Source: Catajapyx aquilonaris (lineage: Eukaryota). From it: a stretch of 63,186 nt of DNA. Below, piece after piece: positions 1 to 12,000 of the stretch. The DNA is taken from positions 62,001 to 125,186 of the forward strand of contig KZ538114.1 in NCBI GenBank assembly GCA_000934665.2, written 5' to 3'. Numbering within the stretch: the stretch's first letter is position 1; each line of letters begins with the position of its first letter. Position numbers and translations under genes: made by a program. The notes beneath the pieces were generated by a model, which saw only the letters and a list, made by a program, of their open reading frames with translations, made no database searches and was not told where the DNA came from.

Positions 1-270
1 CTGCAATACCTGCTACTTATCAAAGCATTCCTTACCAGTAGGAGTAACTGATATGTGCCATTACTGACCCTGGCTTATTTATCCTAAATCAAAAAATTTC
101 CCCCTTGAGCATTGGTCATTTTTTTCATGCATTTTTGGTCATCATTCTTTCAGCTACACAAGACAAGCTGATATGGGCTACAACCACCAGCAAAGCCTCC
201 CATCCAAATTAATCATGCTATGCATGCAAGCAAATGATGCTTTAAATGATTCAAAAGTACAATACTAACA

Positions 271-1686
271 TTTAGAGCACCAGCTCCATTCAGCTCGATG
301 AAAGATCCGTCAAGCACATTTAGAGCCGGAGAAGACTCAACCAAACCTCGGGATGATGAAGGCTGCAAGGTAATGATTACAATGCAAGTAAACAGAAGGA
401 TGTAGTATCACGACTGAAATAAAATCTTTCAAGCAAATGACAACTGACGGTGTTAAATCCAGCTGGTCCTCGGAAACGATCTTGAGAAGGGGTGTACACT
501 GGACCCGGGGTCTTGAATTTAGGCTCCACGAAGCGCTGAGACTTGATGAAGGTCGCTGGACCAGCGCTGCCACCAGGTAGCTTAGGATCGTAAGCACCAG
601 GTGCTGGGGTGCTTTCTGCAAACCCACCAAAATTTTGTTGAAATTTAAAGTGATGTATTCATAAATACATATCTTGCACTAATTGGGCGGAGGAAAGGGT
701 GTCAAGATAAACGACATGGCGTGAAACCACCACAAATCTAGTCTAAATGCAATACATAATTAGGCAATGTAATTGCAGGGTGACCTGCAACAACGTCTCA
801 AGTACAAAAATAGCAACTTTTCAGAAGACAGTTTTATTTGTTCCATCTGCATAACATGTGAAGGATGTAAAAAACATGTGTAAGTAATCATTTAAGGCTG
901 CCACTCCTTTCGTGGTAATAACAGTGGTTCTGATGATGAGGCTAACAGGGCAGAAAATAGCAAAGTTAGTCCAGAGCAATAACGTTTGAGGTCCACCACA
1001 CAAAGCTGTGCAACAAAGTTGGTTATATACCACTCTTTAAATTTAAAAAACAAAAGTTTACGAATTGACACTGTCCCTGTAGAACCGCTGCATGTATTCA
1101 GGTAAGTAGTAGGTTGTGAAAAAACGACTTTGGACGATGACATGGACAAAGCTAGTATGGGAGGCAGGCAGGAGGCACATCCAACCTTGTTGCAGAACAA
1201 CCCTAAAGCAGTCCCAAAACAACGCTTCCACTTCCATCTAGCAAGTGAAACTGCGCAGAATGGCACACCGAACTAAACACAATAGGAAAATAAAAAAACG
1301 AGGCAGATGGGACTTTAAACCTTGTTGCAGGTCACCCTTCTCTTCTCACAAACAATTCACCAAATTACAGGTAGTCCTTGGTTTAGAAATGAACCGCCTT
1401 ATGGCGATCCATACTTCCGAACAGTTAGCATATAATTATCCCTCCATTTTCAATCATTTCTGCGTATGTTGAGCGACACCAAGTTCAACATAAATACAAT
1501 CTAATTTTAAAATAATTGGGAAACTACATTCTTCCATGCACGCAAACGAACACACGCCGTAAGCATTTCATTGGAGCAGCATATGTATACATGCAGCTGT
1601 TCCTCAGGTATCCGAGTTACTTACAAACCCAACTTATGGACATGAACCATTTGTAGACCAGGGGCTACCTGTATTATTTATTATTA

Positions 1687-1745
<59 letters not shown>

Positions 1746-1932
1746 GGCCACCACTTCAAGTGGAGAGTGACCCAGTTTGATGAGACATGTCACAGGAGAT
1801 AAAACCGGTTATTGCGTAATATTGTTCCGCCATGAGCGTCGGCTCCCCCCCTGCAGCACGCTTATTCCCCATCAATTTCTTACCTTTGATCTCGTTGAAG
1901 CGAGTGATCTTGGACTTGGAAAAGGTGGCCAT
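271..1932 (-). CDS. HMMR: Hyaluronan-mediated motility receptor (RHAMM), 5' exons; gene continues beyond position 1
   Basis: Exons 1932-1884, 615-449 and 363-271 with GT-AG ends splice to MATFSKSKITRFNEIKESTPAPGAYDPKLPGGSAGPATFIKSQRF. This matches the HMMR N-terminal pattern SF.K....RFN....P.PGAYD.K......F.KSQRF. Not present in the ORF track. Confidence 0.85.
1368..1671. mobile_element. Tigger/pogo-like MITE in HMMR intron 1
   Basis: Imperfect TIRs TA-caggtagtccttggttta ... tagaccaggggctacctg-TA. Confidence 0.65.
1672..1745. repeat. (ATT)n microsatellite
   Basis: Direct tandem repeat. Confidence 0.95.
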
Positions 1933-2492
1933 CTTTCCTGAGTATAATGCGGGTCAACGGGAAGGCGAACAGAGAGAGGGAATGAGGGAGGAAGAGAACG
2001 AAGCCGACCGATGCCTGCCGCTGCCACACTCCCGCGCCACAACCGGCCGTTTATTTACAACAAAAGGGCGCCCCAAAACTCAAATCAGCATATAGGGGAA
2101 CTACGCGCAGGCGCAGAGAGTCCGCTCCTTGTTTTATCCAGAACAATCCTACGGGATAAAATTCGGGGGAGGTATTCCCCGGGTGTAACGTCGCTAAAAT
2201 CGAAACTTACGGGAATAAAATATGTGCAAAATATTTACATGGTTACATTTTTGCAATCTCCAGCGGCCAATGGGAATGCAGCTTTCAGAATGCTAGAACG
2301 TGTAAATTTCATCCGCACTGCCGATTGGCTCGAAAGCAAATATGCTGCAATCCGATTGGCTGCGAATTTTGAAATGCCGTATGCTACGCGCGCGGGATTC
2401 CCAACCACTCAATTTAAAATTTTCCTCCATTTTGCTACTAAATTCAGGCTTATTACGGCACCCTGATCCGTCCCCTTTCCCGGCGGAGGCAC
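1933..2492. promoter_or_regulatory. CpG-rich bidirectional promoter between HMMR and the zinc-binding protein gene
   Basis: CCAAT at 2267, ATTGG at 2324 and 2355, TTTGAA (CHR-like) at 2368-2373; lies between divergent genes. Confidence 0.55.
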
Positions 2493-5063
2493 ATGCTCCA
2501 CCTTGAAGTACATGTGCGCCACATGTTAACAATCACAGGCCATAGCTACTGGCCAATAAACAGCATATGCAGGGAAACTCCCAAAATAATTGTTGGGTGT
2601 GATTCAGGACTGGTTGACTTTGTGAGAGACACTGGTTGGAGCTCAAGTAGTGCTTGGTCACCCTACCGTTCAACCAAGGCGGAGACAGGCTGTCTGAAGG
2701 ACCGGCGGACCAGAGAAGCGAAGATGTAAGCAACCGACAAGTTTGACAAAGGGCATCATCATGGGAATCTGGGACCAGCCACATGGGCTTTCATTTTCAT
2801 TGATTTAATAATTAATAATTCACACCCCATTATCAGCCAATTTTCCTTGATTTTCCATAATTGTGGACCAGACAAAATTGCCTTATCCAGAGTGTGCTCC
2901 ACCATTTGAGTATAGGTTGACGTGTATACTGCTCTTGCAGGTCGAGTGCTGGCCCAACCTGGGGATCACCTGTAAGTGAGGTCATGCGTCTGGGGACTCC
3001 ACCAAAGGAGTGCATCTGCAAGCGGCCCAACAGGAACGTACGCTGCATGTGTTGTGGCTGGTACATCAAAGATGCCCGTGTGAGGAAGACTTGCGATGTA
3101 CACCCACGGGTAAGGCTTTTCAGCACAATTTTTAAAACCCTGGGGATAGATTCATCAAATGTTGTAAGTCGAATTTTAGTCGTAACTAGTCATACAATGA
3201 CATACAACAATAACCATAGTTATTAATAATTAACTACAAAGGGCGACATGGTGGCGGAGTGGTTAGCGCCACAGCCTTCCACCTCTAAGGTCCCAAGTTC
3301 GATCCCCGGGTCAGGCGGAGGATACTTATGTGGATAGAGTTTCGATGGGTTCTCTCCGTGTTCGCATGGGTTTTCTCGCGTTCTCCCGTTTCCTCCCACA
3401 ATCAAAATCCATCACAGCGCAGACAATGATTCAAGATGGTTCAAGAAAAGATGATACCCTAAGAGGCCCAAGGAGGCCTATCATGGGGTATCAGTTATTA
3501 ATTAACTACGGTTAAAACGAAAATTTCACTTGACATTTGATGAATCCACCCCCTGCAGTCCTAGTCTGGGCAGTGAGGGGAGGTGTGGTGGCCGAGATGG
3601 TAACGTCTCGGCTTGCTGTGTGAAAGGCCCCAGGTTCGATCCCCGCCTGGGGAACTTTCCTTTCACCTGCGTCAGGAGGGTCTCTGACCTGCACCAAGGA
3701 GGTGTCTGGCAACCTAACCTCCTGGGGAACAGCACATGACCCATTTTCAGACATTGCACTTGCACCCATGTTCCCTCCCCGAAAATCCCTATCCTTACCC
3801 AATTTCCTTGATTCCTTGCACCGAAGTTGAGTTGAGAAACTTGAACAAAAATAAATAAAGGTTCATGCGATATACCCCCGGTTGGGGGTGAAAGCATTAC
3901 CCACAATTATATATATATAAAAAAAAATTTATTAGTCTGGGCAGTGGAAGCATCTTACACAATATAGGATAACTAGTTTAACTACCATTGTAATACATCC
4001 TAAACAGAAGTACAAAACAAGTTACCCCATATGTTAGGAAAACCACATGCATAACAGAATTAATACTTCATTTGAAATATCATTATGGGGTATACTCAAA
4101 GGACTTGGGCTTTGGCAAGGAGTCGTATTTCATGCCCGTGTTCTTGTACACTTTATAGTGCATGTATAAAACAGCTGCAAATGTAGAAATGCAGATTGTG
4201 ACAACCACCTGTAGCCAGAATTAGCACCACAAAATGTTTTGTTCCAATTAACACGTCATGTCAAATTTTATTGTTATTACATTTGATGATCTTTTAGGGG
4301 TTAATGAAATCATGCAAAGTGGACATGAGCAGGTAGGATAGATCTTTTCCATGTGCGGCACCACCATTGAGAACACTCACCCAATTTGTGTTATGTAATA
4401 CACACACGTGATATTAAAAAGAATGTGTGTGATATGCAGCATAGCACAAAGAACTGATAACTCAATGGGCACCTTAATGTCATGTGTTTCAGAATTGTTA
4501 AAACCTCACAAGCACCCATATACTTCTCCTGTTTTAGTACTCCATTGAGTTACATACTCCACTGGAAAGCCCACTCAATGGGATTTCCAATGGCAGATAT
4601 GATTCCACGTACCATACTTGAAGGGGGTAGGATTTCACTTGCTGTAAAGGTGCCTCAGACACGTTTTGTGTCAGAACAAGTACAGCATTCGTGCTCCATG
4701 ATCATACCCCCCATTGATGCAGGAATGCACCACCTACGCCTGCCACTGCCATGCCATTGTCAGTCACATTTTCACCCTACAAGCAAGTCAATCCCCCTCC
4801 TCTCAGGCATCGTCTTGCCCAAAGCACAGAGCTCTAATGTGACATGGAACATTATTTCGACCCGAAAATAAATTATGATGAAGCCCTGGGAAATGTTTCA
4901 GCCTGCTGTCAGTGGCTAATTATTCTGATGCCAACGTTGACCCTTTGAAGGCTTATTGTGTGTATACCATTTACAATAATAAAACTTCTCATTCTAGATT
5001 ACTTATGTGATGGATATCCTCGAGTGTGGGAAATGTTCTTCAAGAGTTCTCCAGGAGAAGTAA
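2493..5063 (+). CDS. Small Cys/His zinc-binding protein, CG13380-like; start codon uncertain
   Basis: An exon ending at 2725 plus exons 2941-3109 and 4998-5063 join in frame: ...KECICKRPNRNVRCMCCGWYIKDARVRKTCDVHPR|ITYVMDILECGKCSSRVLQEK*. The CxC..CxxC..R..CxxHP...MD...CxxC pattern is recalled from the insect CG13380-like family. Confidence 0.7.
3240..3498 (+). mobile_element. tRNA-derived SINE A with V-SINE-like core
   Basis: A box TGGCGGAGTGG (3252) and B box GTTCGATCC (3297); core gttctctccgtgttcgcatgggttttctcgcgttctcccgtttcctcccaca; 3' hairpin gataccc...ggggtatc; flanking repeat taattaactac (3227 and 3499) is a probable TSD. Confidence 0.85.
3576..3932 (+). mobile_element. tRNA-derived SINE B
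   Basis: A box TGGCCGAGATGG, B box GGTTCGATCC, A/T-rich tail; exact 14-bp TSD tagtctgggcagtg at 3562-3575 and 3933-3946. Confidence 0.9.
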
Positions 5064-5198
5064 GGAGAGCAAAAGATTTTGAAACACTATCAACGTTCAA
5101 AAGCTTTTTTATTGTTGTATGAAACAAAGTACAAATGTAAAGTACTTTTGTTGAGCTTTAACTAGAACTAATAAAGGATGTCAATTTGCTTCATTATT

Positions 5199-8100
5199 TT
5201 AATCACTATCACTTGAAGAATAAGACCCAACCAATCCCAAACCTATGGAAGTGGTTGTTGGTGGATCAGGTACTGTCTTCTGCTCTGAATTTGCAGGCTT
5301 CTTTACTCGCACCAATCCAGCCAGGCTAAGTTTTCCTGCTAATGAAGGCTTGGGCTTGTCAGAGGTTAATACCTCAGTTGGTTTTGCTGTTGATGTTGAG
5401 GCTGCTGTCATTCGAGGTTTTTTGGACACCAGAGGGGTGTCATCATCATCACTGTCAAGGTTGACGTCCTCTTGGATACGCTTGACTTTAGATCCAAACA
5501 CAGACCTGGAATAAAAGAAACTTATATGGCCATTCCACATAAAATAGACCTACAACATAAATAGCTGAGGCAATCAAAATTGGTTTAGGTTTATTTGGAA
5601 GAAGCCAAAGCTACTATGGCTATCAGGCTATAAGAAGAAGCAAAGGTGGGGCAGATGGAGAGAGAAACGAACAGGAAAAAAAAAGAGACGAAAGAATGGC
5701 ATCTCTATTCGTCTGGCTCCGATCCCAAAGACCTTTCTGACTTGGGTGGCCCTAAACCAGTAGACGAAGCTACTGTTGGCTTAGCTCTTGGGGTCGCAGA
5801 AGAAACGCAAATCCCACCACCACGATAAGGTGAAAATACCATCTGGGGGCAATCAAAATGGAATTCCGCAGGTACACAATCTGCAATTTCATTTGTTCTA
5901 AGTTGTGCCCAAATTGTGACTGTAGAACAGCAGCCGGCAGCAATGGTAGGATACACCACTACTAAACCAAGCACAGGAAAAGTCTCCTTCCCTCTCCTCC
6001 TCCCTTTACAGTTTACAACAACCTTCCGTTTCAGTCAACCCAGTATCCCGTCCCCAGTCCCACCTTAGTCACCAATCATCATGTCATGTTGTTGCTATAG
6101 TCAAATATGTACTTCTGGAACCTCCCACTTTTCAAGTTTCCATGTAAATGACCTCACACAACAATGCTGTGGTCCCTGTACCTTATTCAAGCCCTGATTC
6201 AAGTGAGAATTTTGTCAATTTGATTACATGTTATGGCCCTCAAATATCAGTAATAATGCAATGATAATGATCCATCTGTGGTACAGTACAAATGCACTTT
6301 AGCCTTTGCAAAAAAAAATTAAAGGCTTCTATGTATTAGGTGCAGTCAATAATAACGAGCCATACTTATTGTGGAAAAACTATGGGACTGACAATAACAC
6401 AGATTGTCAGGATAACCTTCAAACCTTAAATCAAATTATGTGCATGCGCATGTTCGGCTTGAAAAATCAGGTGTCACATCACGTAATCAATAAGGAAGTG
6501 ACCCCCCCGAAAGCGCCGTCCAGTCAATAAAAATGGGCTGAAGACCATATCAACGTAACATTTAACTTTTTTTTAAAGTATTGCCCATGATGATTTAGAT
6601 ATTTATCCCACTGAGACACTAGGCATACAATGGCCTGTTCATATAAGTCCTTGGGTTGTTTCTTGAACCATATCCGTAACCCTTCCTCCACTTCATTGTC
6701 CGTCTGGAATCCGCCTCCGCGCCAAGCTTTCCTAAGTTCACCAAAAATGTTAAAGTCAGAGGGGAACACAGGTCGGTTCTGTAGTGGGGGATGGCAGAGG
6801 CCTGCCATTTCAATTTATGCGCAAGACAAGATCTTTGATGAAATTTGCTGTTTGGGGGCGGGAATTATCATAGCATTCTTGCTTGCAGGGATTGCGCTTG
6901 GACAGCGCTTTCGGCGGGTCACCTTCTTTTCGATCCCATGATGCGACGCCTACTCCCTCTAGCAGTCTAGCCGCATAGGTGCATGTGCATAATTTTCTTT
7001 AACATTTGAAGGTTATCTTTGCCAATCTATGCTGTCAGTCCCATAGGTTTTGTACAATAAATACGGCTAGTTTTTTTGATTACCCTAATATTTCCTGAAT
7101 TTACTCGAAGAGTTGAGTCGAGAAGCCCTATTCGTAGGGTGTGAAAACCATTTTATTATATTTATTTGATACCCCGTGCTGGAGCCTTTTGGCTCCCTTA
7201 GGGGGGTGGAATACCACAATTTTTTCTTAAGAATTTTTCTTTCGCATTTTTTCTCTCCGGTGCAGGGATCAAGATAGGGATTTGTGAGGAAGGGTCACTG
7301 GTGCAAGTGCGTTGTCTTTATGTTAGGGGTCCCCCAGGGGGTCAGGTTGCAAGACAACCCCCTCCCCTACCGCACCTCCCCATGGATGGGTCAAGGATAG
7401 GAAAGGAAGGGGGCGGCTGTGGCCTATTATTTACGGAAGCGACCCCGTAATTTTCCTGGGAGGACTGTGGGAAACCACAGAAAACCACGGTCAGGATCAC
7501 CGGCCCCAGGACTCGAACCGAGGACCTCCTGATTAGCAGTCGGACGCCTTATCCACTCCACCAAATTGCTTTGTTTTGGTCATGGAGCCTACCTAGGGTG
7601 ACCAGGCAATGGCTCACACAGTAAAATAAGTGCAGACTTACTGAACCAGTGCTTCATCCTCCTCCTCCTGGCGTTTCCTCCGTTCCTCCCTCTCCTTGTT
7701 GTACTTTGCCAGCATGGAGTCATAATCAACCTTCAGCTGCCTCTGATTCAAATCCCTCAGCTCCTCCAGACTCTCAAGCAGCTCCATCTCCTGCTTCGAT
7801 GCCTTGGTCCTGTTCTCCAGGAGTTTCATGGGGTTCCCAGCCTCCTCCTCCTTCCTTTCAGCCTCTTCCCTCTCCGCCGCCTCCTCCGCAAGCTTCAAAG
7901 CCATGAAATTCCGGGTCGCCCCAGCTTCAATCACGTAGTCAGTGTTGCGTGGGTCCGTCTTGAACGAGATCTCAGACAGGCAGCGAGTGCATTTTATGTA
8001 AAAGCGGTAGATGCGGATGCCCAAGTAGTCCTCATTCTCCACATCCTCTTTACGAGCATTGAATTTCTTTCCCTTGTAGATGTACTCTCCGCATGTCTTG

Positions 8101-8358
8101 CATCGCATGTTGCACGGAGCCATCAACCGCACTGTGTACTGCCTGTTCTTGGGCAGTTTCATGCGCGGGATCTTCGACGGGTCGAAGTCCGGCGGGTAGT
8201 ATTTCTACGCAAGAAAACATCGCATTTAGAACAGTTCTATTTACATTTCTCAGAACTCTGGGCAGGACTAGGCCTACAATAATGTGTGAATGTTAATTTT
8301 TTATTCCAGTTTTTCATGCATATGTTTTACTTACATTCAAGACTTTCCGTTCCGACAT
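5199..8358 (-). CDS. YJU2: Splicing factor YJU2 (CCDC94/CWC16 family)
   Basis: Exons 8358-8335, 8204-7642 and 5505-5199: [21 protein letters not shown]...[21 protein letters not shown]...CTRC...TDPRNTDY; C-terminus [13 protein letters not shown]. Confidence 0.96.
6336..7088 (-). mobile_element. Internally deleted mariner (Tc1/mariner) element with long TIRs in YJU2 intron 2
   Basis: TA flanks; ~115-bp imperfect inverted repeats (6336-6450 and ~6977-7088); 6524-6808 encodes a degenerate transposase C-terminus (HPP....PSDF..F..L...F.T..EV.....WF..QP..LV.QWDK.....G.YF). Confidence 0.88.
7150..7571 (-). mobile_element. tRNA-derived SINE C (composite)
   Basis: Minus strand: TGGTGGAGTGG A box, GGTTCGAGTCC B box; head and core similar to SINE D, middle similar to SINE B; 3' hairpin then A-rich tail; no clear TSD. 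Confidence 0.85.
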
Positions 8359-9034
8359 GGCTGCACTCTTAGTTGGTCAAGCCTCTGAAAATACGTGCAA
8401 ATGCACACAGAGTACGACGAGGTTACGTCCAACACGTCCAAACAACTTTCAGATGGAAATCATGGAATGATTAGAATAGTTTCAAGAATCTCCGCCAGGT
8501 GGCAGGGTTGTAGGAACGTGACGTCACAAGCCCGCCCAAAAATAAATTCGAAATATATTTGCAACCTTCGCAACATTCAATGCTCTTGAGATTTTTAAAT
8601 CCATTTAGTATTAGTATAGCACATGTAATGTTGTAATGAAATCACATGCAACTTGACAAAGCCATCCTCCCCAACCAGTGTACGTACTTGACGAAGTGCT
8701 GTCATCAGGTAAACTACACGTAATTTTTGGTAACCAGGTAATAAATGCACTCATTAAAACATTATGCAGGTTTTAATCGATGTCGCTATTAATACTGATC
8801 AACTTTTATTACAGGAAATAAGTAACCTGGAAAAGTATCATGCACAGGCCTTACCTGACTTTATCGGGCACAGTTTTGCCTTTTTTCAAAGAAGGGGCTG
8901 AAAGAAAAATACTGCAAATTTTCAAATGGAGGCAAAATAAAGACAATCCGAATCTTAAAGCCATGTGTAAAGCAGGATGAGCCAATACATGATATTTGGT
9001 AGTTCAGAAAAATCTACACGGACGTGAAGTTGCC

Positions 9035-12000
9035 CTAGAGTCCAAGCCTTTCTCGAATGTGCTGCACAAGAGACGCCCTTTCGACTTCGACTTCCTCCCT
9101 GGAGGTCACGTCCCTGACCTTCACCACTCCCTTCTGAAGCTCTGATTCGCCAATGATGACAGCCACTGGGATGCCCGAATCCTCACAGTACTGAAGCTGC
9201 TGCAGGAGCTTTGGGTTCTTCTTGTAGGACTGCTCCGTCTAAAAATGAAGCGCAAGTTGAAAAGAAATAATCAAATCAAAGCAAATAAGGCTATTCAGCG
9301 AAGAAATTGCCGAGCCTAACAGTCTGCACTGTCAATATTTTTGCCAGAAATTTGTCCTCACCTTTATTCCCGAATCCCAGAGCATGTTGCACAGCTCCAT
9401 CCTGTGCTCAAACAGATTTTTCTGTGCCGAAGCAATGTAGATTTCAGTCTGAGTGGTTCTGATCTTCTGATTCTGTGCTGTCATCTTGGCCTCCATCACA
9501 GAAAAGATCCTCTCCACACCAATGCTCAACCCAACACAGGGGACAGTGCGACCTTTAGGATCAAACATCCCAACCAGGTTGTCATACCTGCCGCCACCAG
9601 CGACACTTCCGACTGATTCCTGCTCTGACCCCGGTCCATCTATTGTTGGTCCAAGAAGCACAGCCTCATAGATCACTCCAGTGTAGTAGTCCAGGCCACG
9701 GGCAAGGCTGAGGTCAAATCGGACCTTGTCCAAAACGCCATATATCCCAGAGTATTTTAAAAGGAGACGCATGGCTTCTAAGCCTTGACGAGCAGTGTTG
9801 CAAGCTGACAACTTGGGGTCAGACAGAAGAGTATCCACCAATTCTGAGCCACCATGCAAGCGGACATATTCCCCTTGAAAACAAAAGGAAGCATAATTAG
9901 TGGCAATGATTCCGGTACCCAGCGCAGGCCAGGTCTAGGCACTGTTTTTTCCTGTTAGGTCTCATCCTGCTGACCATCACAAAAAACGCCATGCAGTATT
10001 CCTTTGCAGTGGCAGTGAGGTCTCCATTAGAAAACTACAACTTTCACTAAATTCTCCACAGTGCTTGGATAATGCCATGTTCCATTCTGTCAGGTCAACT
10101 ATTGTGCTTTTTTTTGCTACGATGCTACTTCTTAATAAAAGTCTTTCTATTACGTACTTGAAAGTTGTAATATGTTTTTGCATTGTAATACTTTTAAAAA
10201 TGTACACTCTGGCAGGTAATGACAGAAGGTAAATGACAGGAAGGTATCAAAGTACATGACAGTACACAGGGTATTTAGAATGTGTGATGCAAAGTGTTTA
10301 ATTCTCGACAAGAAACTGTAACTTTCATGGCTCAACATTAAAGAGCCTGAAAGCAACCAAGCCAATATGGAACGCTCTTGCCAGATTGACTGACATGGCC
10401 AAGACAAGGACACTGAGGTGAAAGGAGGAACTAGACAAATTATCGCCTGATACACTGTCATGAATGAAAAGGGGCGTGTTAGAAACATATGTAGTGAAAG
10501 TATGTAGAAAATCCTGTTTGCTGTTAATAGTTACAAAAAAGGAGGCGCTCTGCAATGGCAAGCATTCAAACTTATACATTACCATCTACTGTACAGTACC
10601 TTGCAAAGCAAGATTGCTGCATGTAAGAGCAGAAGTAGTCTGTACAATATCAGTTGCAGTAAAAATGACTCACCAATCCTGTCTGCTGCATCCCCATCAA
10701 GTCCCTTTTCTTCAATCATTTCCTTCCTCACATCTGCCCATGCCATCTTGTCCAACTTGTCCACAGACGAGCATACGGATCGGAATTTCTCCATCGGCAC
10801 TCCTGACACTTCGAAGATGCCATCAAGTATCTGCCGGTGATTCACCTTCACCACAAACTGGCCAACATCAAGCGAAGATAATATCTCGCAGGTGATCTTC
10901 ACACACTCAGCATCTGGGATCATCTCATCGTATTGCCCTGCTATGTCAAAATCCTGGTAGGTCCCCAGAAAGAAGAATCGGAGCAAGGAGTTAACCAACA
11001 TCTCCATTAAATGACATGTGAACTTAATATTAATGTCACAACTGAATCATTACAAAAGTAATTGCTGAGAATTAATGTCACTTCTGTAGTGATTATACAA
11101 ACAGTATGGCTACTTACGCATTGATAAAATTCTCGATACCTCCCCTTGGTCATTGCTGGGTTGTCTCTCCGATAAACCTTTGCTATGTGGTACCGCTTCA
11201 TGTTGGAAATCTTGGACATCGCCAAGTAGCGGGCAAATGGTACGGTCAAGTCATATCTGAGGCTGAGATGCTCACCTCCCTGGTCAGCCAGGTCATAAAT
11301 AAGCTTGGAATCTTCCCCATATTTCCCTGTCAGCACTTCCTTAAGTTCAAACACTGGGGTGTCGATCGTTTCTGCACCATGGCGCTTGAAGACAGACACA
11401 ACTTTGTCCAGGACAGTGGCTCGAATCGTCATCTGCTGCGGGGCATAGTCACGGGTTCCCTTCGCTGTCTTGAGGATGAGCTTCTGGGACCCTGCTGCAA
11501 CTTCACCTTCATCGTTCCCAAGTTGGGCTTTCAGTTCCAGAAGCTTGGACACCTCTTCATTTACCTGCATAAAACAAAAAATATCAGACACCCATATGCA
11601 AACATTTATGTCTTGTCAGAACAATCTACCTGTTGAAATATAATAAGCCTCCCTGAAAAGGCCATGGCATGTCCAAAACCAGACCTATCAATATAATTAT
11701 AGCCTTGCACACACCTTATTAAAATGCTTGATAGTAAACCTACCATAGTTGTAGTATTCTCATCTAGATCTCTTTCTGAACAATCGCCCATTTTGTTAAC
11801 AGTGTTGATGCCATCCTCACAACCCTTCAGAACTCAACTGTGCTGAAAATCTGAACTGCTGTCTTATAAAGGTAAATCATGTTTGCTTACAAGTGATATG
11901 AAGATCCTGATGCAACAAGATTACTCAAGCAGCTCAACGAACCCAGAAATGAGAATGGGGAAATGCATGCAGGGGAAATGTATGTTCAAACAGCTTTGAC

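Noticed and set aside
825..990. Plus-strand Cys-rich peptide (ICSICITCEGCKKH) in HMMR intron 1
   Set aside because: Could not be linked into a valid exon chain
3240..3670. tRNA genes at the SINE heads (also near 7500-7570 and 45022-45095)
   Set aside because: Each head continues into a SINE body with a tail, and most have a TSD; I could not confirm an intact cloverleaf
4875..4928. Possible C/D snoRNA (ATGATGA...CTGA) about 70 nt upstream of a 3' splice site
   Set aside because: Only ~54 nt, no terminal stem, no recognisable rRNA guide
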